From the NCBI GenBank assembly GCA_903872255.1, contig CAIQJW010000218.1, positions 1 through 33,549 of the forward strand: DNA of 33,549 nt, given 5' to 3'. This DNA comes from an uncultured delta proteobacterium (GTDB lineage: Bacteria > Desulfobacterota > Syntrophorhabdia > Syntrophorhabdales > Syntrophorhabdaceae). The translations under genes were made by a program, and so were the position numbers. Under the pieces are notes generated by a model. That model worked only from the letters and a program-made list of their open reading frames with translations. It had not been told where the DNA came from and ran no database searches. Shown here piece after piece: positions 1-9,717 of this stretch (position 1 is the first letter of the stretch; the number at the start of each line of letters is the position of its first letter).

Positions 1-1
1 G

Positions 2-469
2 ATCGGTATAAGTGATACGATCCTCTTGAAAGAAGGCAAGCTGACCGAAGGGGAATTTGAGATCATGAAAGGGCATGTCCGGCACGGCTCCGAAATTATC
101 GCCGGCTATCCCTGGCTCGGCGATTGCCTTGATGTCGTACTTCATCATCACGAGAAGTTCGACGGAACCGGATACATAGCCGGGCTAAAAGAGAAGGAGA
201 TCCCGATAAATGCCCGGATATTTGCTGCCGCCGACGTTTTTGACGCGTTGACCAGCGTGCGGCCGTATAAACGTGCCCTGTCATACGATGAGTCCATCGA
301 GATTATGAAAAAAGGCAGGGGGTCTCATTTCGATCCGGATATAATCGATGGATTGCTCATGCTGGGCGAAGATCTGTACCGCGAGCTATGCCAGGCGGAT
401 GAAGAATACCTGCGAAATATACTCAGGGAAAATATCGGCGCTCTTTTTGATGATGACCCGATGCAGTAA
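2..469 (+). CDS. HD-GYP domain protein (cyclic-di-GMP phosphodiesterase family), C-terminal part; 5' end lies outside the window
   Basis: The frame is open from base 2 (IGISDTILLKEGKLTEGEFEIMKGH...). It contains HHHEKFDGTGYIAGL (the HHExxDGxGY motif, with GYI in place of GYP) and the typical FDALTSxRPYK segment. Stop TAA at 467-469. Confidence 0.85.
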   Translation: MGISDTILLKEGKLTEGEFEIMKGHVRHGSEIIAGYPWLGDCLDVVLHHHEKFDGTGYIAGLKEKEIPINARIFAAADVFDALTSVRPYKRALSYDESIEIMKKGRGSHFDPDIIDGLLMLGEDLYRELCQADEEYLRNILRENIGALFDDDPMQ

Positions 470-475
470 AATGTC

Positions 476-1573
476 TCAAGAGTCTAGCCTCTCCTCTTCA
501 GAATTCTCCCGGCTAACCCGGCATCGTTCTTCCTCGGAATATCGAAATATCTCGAAAACAGATACGAAAAGAGCGAGGACTAAAGGCCCCAGGATGAGGC
601 CGATGAACCCGAAGACCTGAATGCCCCCGAGGATGGAAAAAAATATCACGATCGTGGGCATCTTCATCTTGCCCCCTACGATCAGCGGCCTCAAGATATT
701 GTCAACCATGCCTATTATGAGAATCCCTACGATGAGAAGGACGATAGCTTTTAAATACGAGGTCTGGAAGAGGAGATAAGCTACCGCCGGACCCCATATG
801 ATGAAAGAACCGACCACGGGGAGAAAAGACGTAACAAACATGGCGAGGCCCCAGAATACCGGCGAGTGGATCCCAAGCGCTGCGAACGTAATGCCTCCGA
901 TCAAACCCTGCGCCATCCCGACAATGATACCGCCGTAAATGGTAGATATGACGATATCTTTGGTTTGCCTGAGAAGCCGCGTTCGCTGCTTGTGCGAAAA
1001 AGGCATGAAATTTTCCAGCTTCTCGATAAAAACCGGACCGTCTTCGAGAAAGAAAAAGATCGAGAATAGCACCAATATAAAATTCATCCCCCCGGCAAGT
1101 ATATTGCCAAAACCCGACTTTATCAGTCCTGTCGATTGTTTTGCAAAGTTCACCAGGTTTGTCGAAATGGTTGTGTATAATTCCTGTTCCGTAATATTGA
1201 ATGCCGCGAGGAGCTTCTGTACAACAGAATTTACGAGCGGATGTGCTAACAGGGATTGGATTATATTGGTATTATCGTTTTGGCCCTGAAAGTGGCTCAC
1301 CAGGTTGATCAGTTCCTGGCTCAGCATATAAGTGAAATAAGAAAATGGACCTATCAGTATAAGGATTATTATGAACAGGGTCGCAACAGACGCCACAGAT
1401 TTGTACCGTACATGTTTCAGTATATAAGCATAAACGGGATAAAAGATCAGGGAAAGGACGATTGCCCACATGATCGGAGACAAAAAGGGATCCAGTGTTT
1501 TATACGAAAGATATCCCAGCAGAATGACTATGATGATAAGAACAAAGTTATAGAATCTGTTTTCCGTGGTCAT
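476..1573 (-). CDS. AI-2E family transporter (PerM/YhhT, UPF0118) integral membrane protein
   Basis: 365 aa and multi-TM, with the family-typical C-terminal region (GLIGGITFAALGI...FLPVVGSFIIWGPA...ILRPLIVGGKMKMPT...FFSILGG). ATG at 1571-1573. Confidence 0.8.
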   Translation of the reverse strand: MTTENRFYNFVLIIIVILLGYLSYKTLDPFLSPIMWAIVLSLIFYPVYAYILKHVRYKSVASVATLFIIILILIGPFSYFTYMLSQELINLVSHFQGQNDNTNIIQSLLAHPLVNSVVQKLLAAFNITEQELYTTISTNLVNFAKQSTGLIKSGFGNILAGGMNFILVLFSIFFFLEDGPVFIEKLENFMPFSHKQRTRLLRQTKDIVISTIYGGIIVGMAQGLIGGITFAALGIHSPVFWGLAMFVTSFLPVVGSFIIWGPAVAYLLFQTSYLKAIVLLIVGILIIGMVDNILRPLIVGGKMKMPTIVIFFSILGGIQVFGFIGLILGPLVLALFVSVFEIFRYSEEERCRVSRENSEEERLDS

Positions 1574-1655
1574 GCCCGCCCCAATAAGCGCAAGGCTGCC
1601 CTCCCGTATTAAGGAGAACAGCCCTTAAAAATGTCAGAGTGATCTTGTGTTATTT

Positions 1656-1958
1656 CTAGCCCTTTTTTTCTCTATCGTATGCCTCTTTGCCTGCTTCAAC
1701 GGCTCTCGAGATAATGCCCTTCTGAGAGTCGATAAATTCTTTACCCTTTTCCACATAATCGGTTGCCTTATCTTTCACCTGCCCCACATAATCTCCCGCC
1801 TTATCCCGTGCATCGTCGGCAAAATCCTTGATTATCCTCCGGGTCTCCTGGCCCGTTTTGGGCGTTGTGAGAAGGGCGACCCCGGCACCGATTATCCCGC
1901 CGATGAAAAAGGAAAGGAGAACTGCGCCTGCACCATAACCGTTATCCTGCTGTCCCAT
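1656..1958 (-). CDS. YtxH domain-containing small membrane-anchored protein
   Basis: 100 aa. N-terminal hydrophobic GAVLLSFFIGGIIGAGVALLTTPKTGQETR followed by a charged helical tail, typical of the YtxH family. GGAGGT RBS upstream of the ATG. Confidence 0.7.
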   Translation of the reverse strand: MGQQDNGYGAGAVLLSFFIGGIIGAGVALLTTPKTGQETRRIIKDFADDARDKAGDYVGQVKDKATDYVEKGKEFIDSQKGIISRAVEAGKEAYDREKKG

Positions 1959-1976
1959 TACGTTACCTCCTGTTTT

Positions 1977-2372
1977 TTATTGCTCTATGCCACGCTTAGA
2001 CCAGGCATTTTTTGCAAAATATCCAATACCTGCCTTTATACCGGCTTTGATCCCCCGTGTTTCGCTGATAGACGAACCCGTTGCCTGCTTTACTGCTCTG
2101 CTTACCTGTTCAATGTTCTCACCGATGCGCTTGACGGACCCGGACATATCCTTGAGATCATCGGTCACCGTTCCCACGTCATCAGTTATCTTCCGGATGC
2201 TTTGCAGTGTCATTTGAACTTCCTGAAGCGTCGGCTTCAAGGTTTCTTCGGTCGAAGCGATGAATTCATTGACCGTAGTGAGGGTTTTCTTTATTCCAAC
2301 TATCAAATAGATAATATAAATGACCAAAACAACCACTGCCAGGGTAATAATACCCAGCCATACAGTATTCAT
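1977..2372 (-). CDS. DUF948 domain-containing membrane protein
   Basis: 131 aa with a single N-terminal TM and then a coiled/helical region (TLTTVNEFIASTEETLKPTLQEVQMTLQSIRKITDDV). Sits directly upstream of the YtxH gene, a common DUF948/YtxH pairing. AAGGGGAGGG RBS. Confidence 0.65.
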   Translation of the reverse strand: MNTVWLGIITLAVVVLVIYIIYLIVGIKKTLTTVNEFIASTEETLKPTLQEVQMTLQSIRKITDDVGTVTDDLKDMSGSVKRIGENIEQVSRAVKQATGSSISETRGIKAGIKAGIGYFAKNAWSKRGIEQ

Positions 2373-2671
2373 CTAATAACCCTCCCCTTGCCTCGCGGAC
2401 CCCAGAATCTCCGGATGCCTTCAAAGTACGGGCGAAACCGGCCGGAAGAACTCACTACATTATAACCATTGTATCACATCAACACAAGTTTCATGGCCCG
2501 GCAGTATACGTTTATTTAAGATAAACCGGTGATATATTAGAAACTTATTATGTTCTCGACCCTGGCGAAGAGGCCGGGGATGCCCGGGGCCTATCTTTAT
2601 ATTGAACCTTGAACATGGAACTTGGATATATTTTTAGTTATAATTAGACACCTAAGATCAAGGAGGCGGTA

Positions 2672-3217
2672 ATGAAAAATGCGGTGGTCCTTTTTGGGAG
2701 CCCGAGGAAAAGAGGCAATACTGCGGAATTGGCCCGTACGGTGATCGGCACGCTAAAAGAAAAAGGCTGGGGCGTAAGGACCCTTTACCTGAATGACATG
2801 CATATCCGGCCCTGTCAGGGATGTTATACATGCCTTCCCGAAGGGGTCTGTAAAATCGAGGACGACATGAGGGATGTCCGCAAATACATGATGGAATCGG
2901 ATCTCATTATTTACGCCACACCGATATACTGGTTCGGCCCGTCCGGACAGCTGAAACTTGCCATGGACCGGTCAATTGCCTTCATGGATGAGAATTTCGC
3001 ATCCCGCCTGAAGGGCAAGAGCGCCATAACCCTGACAACATTCGGCGATGAGAATATGGATTCATGCCAGCCGGCGATCGATATGTTCAAAAAAACGTTT
3101 GAACTGCTTAATATCTCCTATGCCGGTCAGGTCAACGCGCCGGGATGCCAGCCTGAGGGAGGCGTCGGGCACCAATATATCGAAAAGGCAAAAGTGCTGG
3201 CCGACTCAATTGTATGA
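2672..3217 (+). CDS. Flavodoxin-fold NAD(P)H-dependent FMN reductase / iron-sulfur flavoprotein-like protein
   Basis: 181 aa. N-terminal VVLFGSPRKRGNT, a CQGCYTC Cys cluster and YATPIYWFGPSGQLK. AAGGAGG RBS 5 nt upstream of the ATG. Confidence 0.75.
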   Translation: MKNAVVLFGSPRKRGNTAELARTVIGTLKEKGWGVRTLYLNDMHIRPCQGCYTCLPEGVCKIEDDMRDVRKYMMESDLIIYATPIYWFGPSGQLKLAMDRSIAFMDENFASRLKGKSAITLTTFGDENMDSCQPAIDMFKKTFELLNISYAGQVNAPGCQPEGGVGHQYIEKAKVLADSIV

Positions 3218-3945
3218 ATATTCGCGGCCCTTTGTATTTCGTCACAAAGAAAACGGGTAAGGCTGTCTGGGATTACAAAATGATCGCCGACGGAGACAAG
3301 ATCATCATGGCCGTATCCGGCGGGAAGGATAGCCTTTGCCTCTTGAGGATCATGCTGGAAAGGTTAAAATTCGTACCTATTACGTATGAGATAGTTGCCT
3401 GTCATGTCGACATGGGGTTTACCTGGTCAGACACGGATATACTCAGGTCACATTTTGAAAAAGAAGGGGTCTCCTACATGATCATTCCGCCGCCTGATGC
3501 CTGGCAGGAGCAGAAGGATAATTTTGATTGCTTCTGGTGCAGCTGGAACCGGCGCAAGGCCATCTTCGATCTGGCGGCCAAGATAGGCGCAAACAAGATC
3601 GCTTTCGCCCACCACATGGATGATATTATCGAGACCATGCTGCTGAACCTTTTTTTTCAGGGAGAGATCGGGACGATGATGCCCTATCAGGAGATGTTCG
3701 ACGGCGAGCTCGCGATCATACGGCCCCTGGCGTATGTCGAGGAACACGAGCTGACACGCCTGGCGGGGCTGCTCCATCTGCCCGTCGTTGCATCGTCGTG
3801 CCCGCACGGAGATGTTTCCAAGCGCGCCCTTGTGAAAGGGATCGTGGGAGACCTCAAAAAGCATAACAGCAACGTAAAAAAGAACATTTTCCGCAGCCTG
3901 ACCAGGATCCGGCAGGACTACCTTCCAGAGATAGCACCGCACTGA
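3214..3945 (+). CDS. ttcA: tRNA 2-thiocytidine biosynthesis protein TtcA family (PP-loop ATPase)
   Basis: PP-loop SGGKDS, CFWCSWNRR (CxxC), AFAHHMDDIIETMLLNLFF, IIRPLAY and a C-terminal SSCPHG, all collinear with E. coli TtcA as I remember it. The start overlaps the upstream stop (ATGA). Confidence 0.85.
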   Translation: MNIRGPLYFVTKKTGKAVWDYKMIADGDKIIMAVSGGKDSLCLLRIMLERLKFVPITYEIVACHVDMGFTWSDTDILRSHFEKEGVSYMIIPPPDAWQEQKDNFDCFWCSWNRRKAIFDLAAKIGANKIAFAHHMDDIIETMLLNLFFQGEIGTMMPYQEMFDGELAIIRPLAYVEEHELTRLAGLLHLPVVASSCPHGDVSKRALVKGIVGDLKKHNSNVKKNIFRSLTRIRQDYLPEIAPH

Positions 3946-3950
3946 CCGAC

Positions 3951-4492
3951 GGTTTCAAGTTTCAAGTAAAAACAAAACTTTGGATCCCGGCTCGGAGAGA
4001 CTGTGTCGCAATTCGCCCACCCGCCATCCAAAGCTGGAATATTATACATGCCGTCATAAAACCCCTGCCGTCCCGGATCAAGAGACTGTGTCATAACACC
4101 TCGCCCACCATCCAAAGCGGGTATACTATACCTGCCGGTATAAAACCCCCGCCGTCATCCCGTAGGCATCATCCGGAAGCCGGCATCCACCCACCCCGCC
4201 GTCATCCAGGGCTTGACCCGGGATCCAAGGTTTTGTTTTTATTATTGTTTCTGTTTTAAGGTTTTCAAAAAGGCTTCAAAAGAAAAACCTTGGATCCCGG
4301 CTCGGGGGCCGGGATGACGGCGGGGAGGGGAGGCTTATCCCGGCATTTTGTGCGTATCCAGCCGAAAGAAAATAATTACGACACAGCCTCGAAAGCGGGG
4401 ATGACGGACTTAGGCGAATTGCGACACAGCCCCTCAAGCGCCGTGATGGTAGTCTCCGGGATGTTTTTATCTTTTGCCTGAAACTTGAAACG
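3951..4492. repeat. Cluster of nested REP/MITE-like direct and inverted repeats in an intergenic region
   Basis: Terminal inverted repeat GTTTCAAGTTTC (3952-3963) / GAAACTTGAAAC (4480-4491). TTGGATCCCGGCTCGG is direct at 3980-3995 and 4290-4305, with an inverted copy near 4216-4230. There is a tandem ~80-bp unit AGAGACTGTGTC...CCATCCAAAGC...CCGTC at 3996-4078 and 4081-4160. GGCGAATTGCGACACAG (4413-4429) is the inverse of 4003-4018. The GGGATGACGGCGGGG type motif occurs in both orientations. Confidence 0.7.
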
Positions 4493-4497
4493 CTTCT

Positions 4498-4902
4498 TCA
4501 GTATATTTGCGGCAGGAGGCGGTCGAAGACCCAGAATGTTACGACAAGGGATAGGACCACGGCGTAGAAGACAGGCAGCGCATGCTCGAGCCGGGTGCGA
4601 ACCGCAGGCCTGAGCCTGTGCATGGGCAATGTGCTCATGAGCAGCACGAAAAGAAGAAAAAAGCAGAAGGGGTTGTAAAGTGCCGCATTGCCGGGATGCC
4701 CGTCGATAAGGCTCGTGATTGCCCGGGTCATGCCACAACCAGGACAGGCAATACCCGTGATGGCCTTAAAGGGGCAAAAGACAGGAATGGTGCCCGTAAT
4801 TTTTTCGATGCGTACCATTCCCGTCATATTTACCATTACAAGAAGCAGAAAAATAGCGACGCATGATACTGCAATTTTCCTTGGAATGAGGTATTGCTCC
4901 AT
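4498..4902 (-). CDS. DUF2752 domain-containing membrane protein
   Basis: Signature CPFKAITGIACPGCGMTRA followed by hydrophobic helices. The start lies 1 nt after the stop of the upstream zinc-ribbon/DUF4234 gene. Confidence 0.8.
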   Translation of the reverse strand: MEQYLIPRKIAVSCVAIFLLLVMVNMTGMVRIEKITGTIPVFCPFKAITGIACPGCGMTRAITSLIDGHPGNAALYNPFCFFLLFVLLMSTLPMHRLRPAVRTRLEHALPVFYAVVLSLVVTFWVFDRLLPQIY

Positions 4903-4903
4903 G

Positions 4904-5485
4904 TCATTTTTCGAAAAATTTATTTATCTCATTCTGCTGGATGGCATCCGTAACGATGCTCAAGCCTATGATGGTAAGTACAAGGCTTAAAACAGGCAGG
5001 TCCTTGGATTTCTGCCGTCCGTGTTTTTCCTGGGCTTCGACGAGGCCATTCGCAAGGTAGTATTCATAATAAATATTGTACAGGCCGCAGGTAACGAGCG
5101 ACAGGATAAACCAGAGCCAGAAATTATATCTCTCCTGCTCCAGCAGATGGTTCACCGCCCTGAATTGCCTCGCCTGCCAGAAGAAATAATAGATCCCGCA
5201 TGTGATGAGCGAGAAGACTATGTCGAGCGCAATGTTTGATGTATAGGTTGCGGATTGCGGGTCGGATATCGGAGGGAGCGGTTCATACTTCGCGCCGCGT
5301 CCCAGTTCGCCTTCGGGCGCAGCGATAGATTTACCGCATATCGGGCAGAACAGTGTTCCCGGAGCAACCTCTGCACCGCAATGGGGACACTGAGCGGGTT
5401 GTCCCGGTGCCTTAAATTCTTTCCCGCATTTTATACAGAATTTTGACTCTTCGGAACTTTCGTTGCCACAATTTTCACAGCGCAT
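4904..5485 (-). CDS. Zinc-ribbon plus DUF4234 membrane protein
   Basis: Two CxxC...CxxC ribbons (CENCGN..CIKCG; CPHCGA..CPICG), then a duplicated ITCGIYYFFW / VTCGLYNIYYEY membrane motif (DUF4234). The track ORF extends to 5536, but the ATG at 5483-5485 has a GGGGG RBS and the upstream ATG has none. Confidence 0.7.
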   Translation of the reverse strand: MRCENCGNESSEESKFCIKCGKEFKAPGQPAQCPHCGAEVAPGTLFCPICGKSIAAPEGELGRGAKYEPLPPISDPQSATYTSNIALDIVFSLITCGIYYFFWQARQFRAVNHLLEQERYNFWLWFILSLVTCGLYNIYYEYYLANGLVEAQEKHGRQKSKDLPVLSLVLTIIGLSIVTDAIQQNEINKFFEK

Positions 5486-5623
5486 GAAATACCCCCTGGA
5501 GAGTTTCTCTCGATTGTACCAATGCATCGGGAACATTGTAAAGCAAAACCATTAGCCTTCCTGTTTAAGTTACACCTAATTCATTTCCGATAACCCCTTA
5601 CCCGGCACCCATAACCTGTCTTT

Positions 5624-6118
5624 TCATTTGACCGCGTATCCTCTGCCTTCCATGCAGGCCGAAAATGCCCGCTTGAAAGTGTCCTTTTGCGTGGCGGCGG
5701 CCTGATTTTGCTGCTCAGCCTTTGCTTTTCGGCTTTGCTGCTTGCCTCTTATGGCTCCTGCCGCTGCACCGACAGCTGCGCCCTTTCCCGCGTCATCATT
5801 AGTCGCCTCACCCACGATGGCCCCTTTCGTTGCACCCCGGGCAGCACCTTTCACACGCGAACCATCGGGACCCGTCGCTTGAGGCTGCTGCTTGGGCGGG
5901 GCAGCGGGGTCTATGCCCGTTTGCTGCTGGGACCATTTATAGCAATCTGTTTCGTCTTTTGCCTGTACGTCGCCTGACTGTCCTTTTGCTGGATAAACGG
6001 CAATTCCGAGATTCTTCGACAGGACCTGGCTCTCGGCAGTACTCATGATTCCCGGCACAAAAACAACGCAAATAATCGCGATGCCCCATCCAACAAGTCC
6101 TTTCCTCCAATTTTTCAT
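5624..6118 (-). CDS. Secreted Gly-zipper family protein (hypothetical)
   Basis: N-terminal signal-like helix, then a C-terminal GAARGATKGAIVGEATNDDAGKGAAVGAAAGAIRG glycine-zipper-like stretch. AAGGAG RBS. Confidence 0.5.
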   Translation of the reverse strand: MKNWRKGLVGWGIAIICVVFVPGIMSTAESQVLSKNLGIAVYPAKGQSGDVQAKDETDCYKWSQQQTGIDPAAPPKQQPQATGPDGSRVKGAARGATKGAIVGEATNDDAGKGAAVGAAAGAIRGKQQSRKAKAEQQNQAAATQKDTFKRAFSACMEGRGYAVK

Positions 6119-6162
6119 CGTCTGTATTCTCCTTTTTTAGGATTTTATTCGTTGACCCGGGT

Positions 6163-8523
6163 CTAAGGTTTCAGGTACGGTTCGAGTCCTTCTGCGCTGC
6201 GGATGTGAATATCCTGCTGAGGATATGCCATTTCGATATTATTTTCCCTGAAGGCTTTTTCCACTTCGAAACGGACCGCCGAGGCTATCCTGTCCCGTGC
6301 CTGGACGGGACGCCGTATCCAGTATCTCAGGCGAAACGCAAGGGCGTTGTCTCCAAAATCCCAGAAAAGAACGTAGGGCGGGGGGTCTTTCAGGACACCG
6401 GGGTTTGATTCAGCACACTCAATCAGTAGCTCCTTTACCCGTTCCGTATTTGAACCGTAGTTCACTGCCACCGCAATTTCGGCGCGGCCTTTCGGATCGC
6501 GATAGGTCCAGTTAACAATATTCTTATTGACCAGGTCCGAATTCGGTATGAAGATCGTGGAGTCGTCATTCGTCTGCATGATAGTGTTGCGGATGTTGAC
6601 CCTGATCACGGTGCCCCGGACATCCCCAAGCTGTATCTCATCGCCGGGATGGATGGATCTTCCGAAAAGCAGAATGAGCCCGCTGAAAAAATTCTTGATC
6701 AGCTCCTGCAGGCCGAATCCGGCACCGATGGATAATCCGCCGGCAACAATAGCGAGGTGGGTCACGCCGACCCCGACAAGTTTTAAGGAGAGCAGGATAA
6801 ACAGCGACCAGACGATATACGTGGATATGGCATGGAGGGATTTGATAACCCCTTCCCCGAGTAGTCCCCCGCCGCCCAGCCGAGTTGCAATGATCGTGAT
6901 CAATGTATTTATCACAATGACCAGAGATCTCGTGATAAAAAGGATCGCTGCGACCACGATCAACATGGGGAGATTAAGGGAAAGGTACCCTATATCCAAA
7001 TGCCAGCGAATCATATCAGTGAGAAGGGGGGTGCCTCCGACATATAAGATTATCCATACAACGGTAATCGAAAAAAGGCCGAGAAAAACCATCGGGAAAA
7101 CGGCGCCAACGGCAAGCCTGCGGGCCGTCGTCATGTTCTCTTTGCCGGCCTCCATTATCCGCTTCAGGCATCCGGCAAGGCCCGACCACAACTCGATGTT
7201 CAGGGCAATGGCAAACCACGCAGCCGCAGCCAGCACTGCAATGCTGCACCATCCAAAAAGCGTCAGGACAATAAGCGCGGCCGAAAGCCACGATGTTATA
7301 ACGAACAGCCTCTTGTCCAGATCATTCTGCCCGGTTTTTTTAAGGAAAAAAGAATAGATGCCGACGATCATGAAGATGAGCGCCATGGGAAGCGAATAAA
7401 GGATAATATGCGTGTGGCCTACCTGCGCCAGTATACCCGCGGCAAACATGAACCACGCGGGCCAGAGCGGATTATGCCTGAATAGCGATGAGCCGTCTCC
7501 AAAGATCCTCCGAAGGTTCCACCCGAGGCTGACCAGTCCCGCGGCAAGCACTATCTCGGCGATAAAACTGAGCACGCTCAGGATCCCCAGGCTTGTCGTC
7601 GTGCCAAGCACCATGAGCGGCAGGCCAAGTCCCGTATAAACGCCAAAAACCAGAAACCTGCCGACCGGTATCGAGCGGTATTTTCTCCGAATATGCACAA
7701 AGACAGCCAGGAACACAATAATGATGGCCGCCCCGTACAGGACAGTGCTGGAAAGCGTTCTCACAATGACGGCCCTGTTCTGCGCATACGGGATCAGCCA
7801 GTAATCCCAGAAACCGGACCAGCCGGCAAGGACAGACCGCAAGGCCTTCCACGTGTCTAACGTGAAAAAGGTCTGCATGGGCGGAAAAAGATAATATTTT
7901 TTCCAGGCCGCCCTGAGATCGTTCTCGATCAGTGTTTTCCTGGACGCGAGCCTGACGCTGAATTCCTCGATCGAATTCGGAATGAGATCGACAATGCCGC
8001 CTGCAGTGTTGAGAAGAGCGATCGTTTTTTTGATATCCGCCGCATGATCGGCGGCCGACTTGCGTGCAGCCCCCAAGGAATCGTCCCTGGCCAGATTCTC
8101 ATACTCAGCCTGATGGCCTGTTAGTGTTTTTTTCAGGTTCGAGATCGCGTCATATTCCTCTTTTATCGGTGCGACGATGATCGCCCCCTGGTCCTGCAGT
8201 ATTATCATTTGACGCAGGATATCGCGCATTTCTATCGGGTTGGCTTCCACCATGTTGTAGGTGATGGATAGTCTCATCAGTTCCTGGTTAAGTTGCTGCG
8301 TCTTCTCGTGAACCTTACTGACCCGTTCCGGCTGGGCGGCAATATATTTTTTCAGGTTTACCTGCATGGTATCGAGCGCTACCTTCTCCCTCTTGATCAT
8401 TTCCTCCCAGGATGATATGTCAGACTGGGAAAATAGAGCGGCAGGCAGAAGCAGCGACAGAATAAGGGCGATTATATGCGGTACGAATGTGCGGTATTGA
8501 AAAAAGGGTCGACTGTAATTCAT
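6163..8523 (-). CDS. Large mechanosensitive ion channel, MscS/MscK family
   Basis: C-terminal MscS core (GLQELIKNFFSGLILLFGRSIHPGDEIQLGDVRGTVIRVNIRNT...FIPNSDLVNKNIVNWT), about 10 TM helices and an N-terminal periplasmic coiled domain with a signal peptide. The track start at 8544 is TTG; ATG 8521-8523 gives MNYSRPFF plus the signal peptide. Confidence 0.85.
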   Translation of the reverse strand: MNYSRPFFQYRTFVPHIIALILSLLLPAALFSQSDISSWEEMIKREKVALDTMQVNLKKYIAAQPERVSKVHEKTQQLNQELMRLSITYNMVEANPIEMRDILRQMIILQDQGAIIVAPIKEEYDAISNLKKTLTGHQAEYENLARDDSLGAARKSAADHAADIKKTIALLNTAGGIVDLIPNSIEEFSVRLASRKTLIENDLRAAWKKYYLFPPMQTFFTLDTWKALRSVLAGWSGFWDYWLIPYAQNRAVIVRTLSSTVLYGAAIIIVFLAVFVHIRRKYRSIPVGRFLVFGVYTGLGLPLMVLGTTTSLGILSVLSFIAEIVLAAGLVSLGWNLRRIFGDGSSLFRHNPLWPAWFMFAAGILAQVGHTHIILYSLPMALIFMIVGIYSFFLKKTGQNDLDKRLFVITSWLSAALIVLTLFGWCSIAVLAAAAWFAIALNIELWSGLAGCLKRIMEAGKENMTTARRLAVGAVFPMVFLGLFSITVVWIILYVGGTPLLTDMIRWHLDIGYLSLNLPMLIVVAAILFITRSLVIVINTLITIIATRLGGGGLLGEGVIKSLHAISTYIVWSLFILLSLKLVGVGVTHLAIVAGGLSIGAGFGLQELIKNFFSGLILLFGRSIHPGDEIQLGDVRGTVIRVNIRNTIMQTNDDSTIFIPNSDLVNKNIVNWTYRDPKGRAEIAVAVNYGSNTERVKELLIECAESNPGVLKDPPPYVLFWDFGDNALAFRLRYWIRRPVQARDRIASAVRFEVEKAFRENNIEMAYPQQDIHIRSAEGLEPYLKP

Positions 8524-8816
8524 GTATGCGCCGGTAAATAACAATTACACGGGGCGATCACTTTTTGCAAGGCTAATGTGTCCTGATGAGCCGGGCATTT
8601 CATCAGAGTTGGAATGGATGCTCTATCGTCATCTGGACACTTCCGTGCTTAATTCCCTTCATCGAGGCTCCCTGGCGGCAGACTACAAAATGCCGGCCGG
8701 TATTATGAGAACAATACATTTACGCATCGCGGACATTGCCCGATATGATTGGCATCATTTTCAATTAATTCGACGCAGTTTTCAAGAGATTATTGGTTAA
8801 TAGTGATGTAACATCG

Positions 8817-9623
8817 TTAATAACCAACATTTTGATCGTTTATCGCCTGCCGGATCATATCGATCCTTTCCTGTGACGGCGGATGGGTCGAAAGGATGGC
8901 AAAACTGCTATTTCTGCCCGATTGAGCGAGGAGCATTTTCTGAACATCGATCATGGCCCGCGGATCATAACCTGAAATACGCATTATCCGGACCCCCTGC
9001 ACATCTGACTGCAATTCATTCACCCGTGAGTTTTTAAGGAGGAGAAGACTTGCGCTCATCTCGGATGCCTTAAGAAGCAGGCCTTGCGAAAGGCCTCCAT
9101 CGCCTAGCAGCGATCCTATTATCGCAAGGCCGAACTGGGCAAGCATCTGGCGCTGAATTGCTTTCAATGAATGTTTTTCGACAACATGGCCAATCTCGTG
9201 GCCCAATATCGCGGCGGCCTCGTTATCATTCTTCAGTCTTTTCAATAAACCGGTAGTAATATAGATAAATCCGCCGGGTGCGGCAAATGCATTGACCATT
9301 TCATCATCAAGGACTGTAAAATTATAACGTATCTTTCTTGCGGAATTGGCGGCGAGCCTCTGACCAATTCCGTTAATGCGCTGGCTGAGGTTCGCGTCGG
9401 CAGATACCCTGTATTTTTGCCGGATCTGCTGATCGGTACTCTTCCCGATCTCTATCTCCCTTTGCTCGCCGATAAGGACGGGGTCATGTTCGGTGCTTGT
9501 CAACGGGTTTACGGCCTCGACCGGAACCGTAGCCATAACACTGAGAATAGCCGCGACAAGTATAATATAAATTCTCGAAATTATTCTTTGGTCATTCATC
9601 GTCATCAACCCAGGCCGATACAT
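8817..9623 (-). CDS. M48 family zinc metalloprotease (periplasmic, BepA/LoiP-like)
   Basis: HEIGHVVEKH (HExxH), signal peptide, AFAAPGGFIYITTGLL. GGAGGGGG RBS. Confidence 0.8.
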   Translation of the reverse strand: MYRPGLMTMNDQRIISRIYIILVAAILSVMATVPVEAVNPLTSTEHDPVLIGEQREIEIGKSTDQQIRQKYRVSADANLSQRINGIGQRLAANSARKIRYNFTVLDDEMVNAFAAPGGFIYITTGLLKRLKNDNEAAAILGHEIGHVVEKHSLKAIQRQMLAQFGLAIIGSLLGDGGLSQGLLLKASEMSASLLLLKNSRVNELQSDVQGVRIMRISGYDPRAMIDVQKMLLAQSGRNSSFAILSTHPPSQERIDMIRQAINDQNVGY

Positions 9624-9717
9624 CGGCCCCCTCCATCAAAACCTCTTACCGGGCATCGCTCTTCCTATTATGGCATAACACATGAATAAACCTGCCATCA
9701 AGTGTCCCGGACAATCT

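Noticed and set aside
1647-2465. 272-aa plus-strand ORF
   Set aside because: It lies entirely antisense to the YtxH and DUF948 genes, which have RBSs and family-typical sequences. Its own translation is low-complexity and Cys/Leu/Phe-rich with no motifs.
3951-4492. Possible CRISPR array
   Set aside because: The repeats are heterogeneous, occur in both orientations and are not regularly spaced by unique spacers. No cas genes are present in the window.
4290-4738. ORFs 4290-4481 (+) and 4376-4738 (-)
   Set aside because: They are translated from the REP/MITE-like repeats (MDPGSGAGMT... type) or are out of frame with the DUF2752 gene. Such ORFs are typical repeat-derived false genes.
6527-7357. 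276-aa plus-strand ORF, and the 7016-7852 minus-strand alternate-frame ORFs
   Set aside because: They are antisense or out of frame within the mechanosensitive channel gene, and their Ser/Pro/Arg-rich translation is typical of shadow ORFs.
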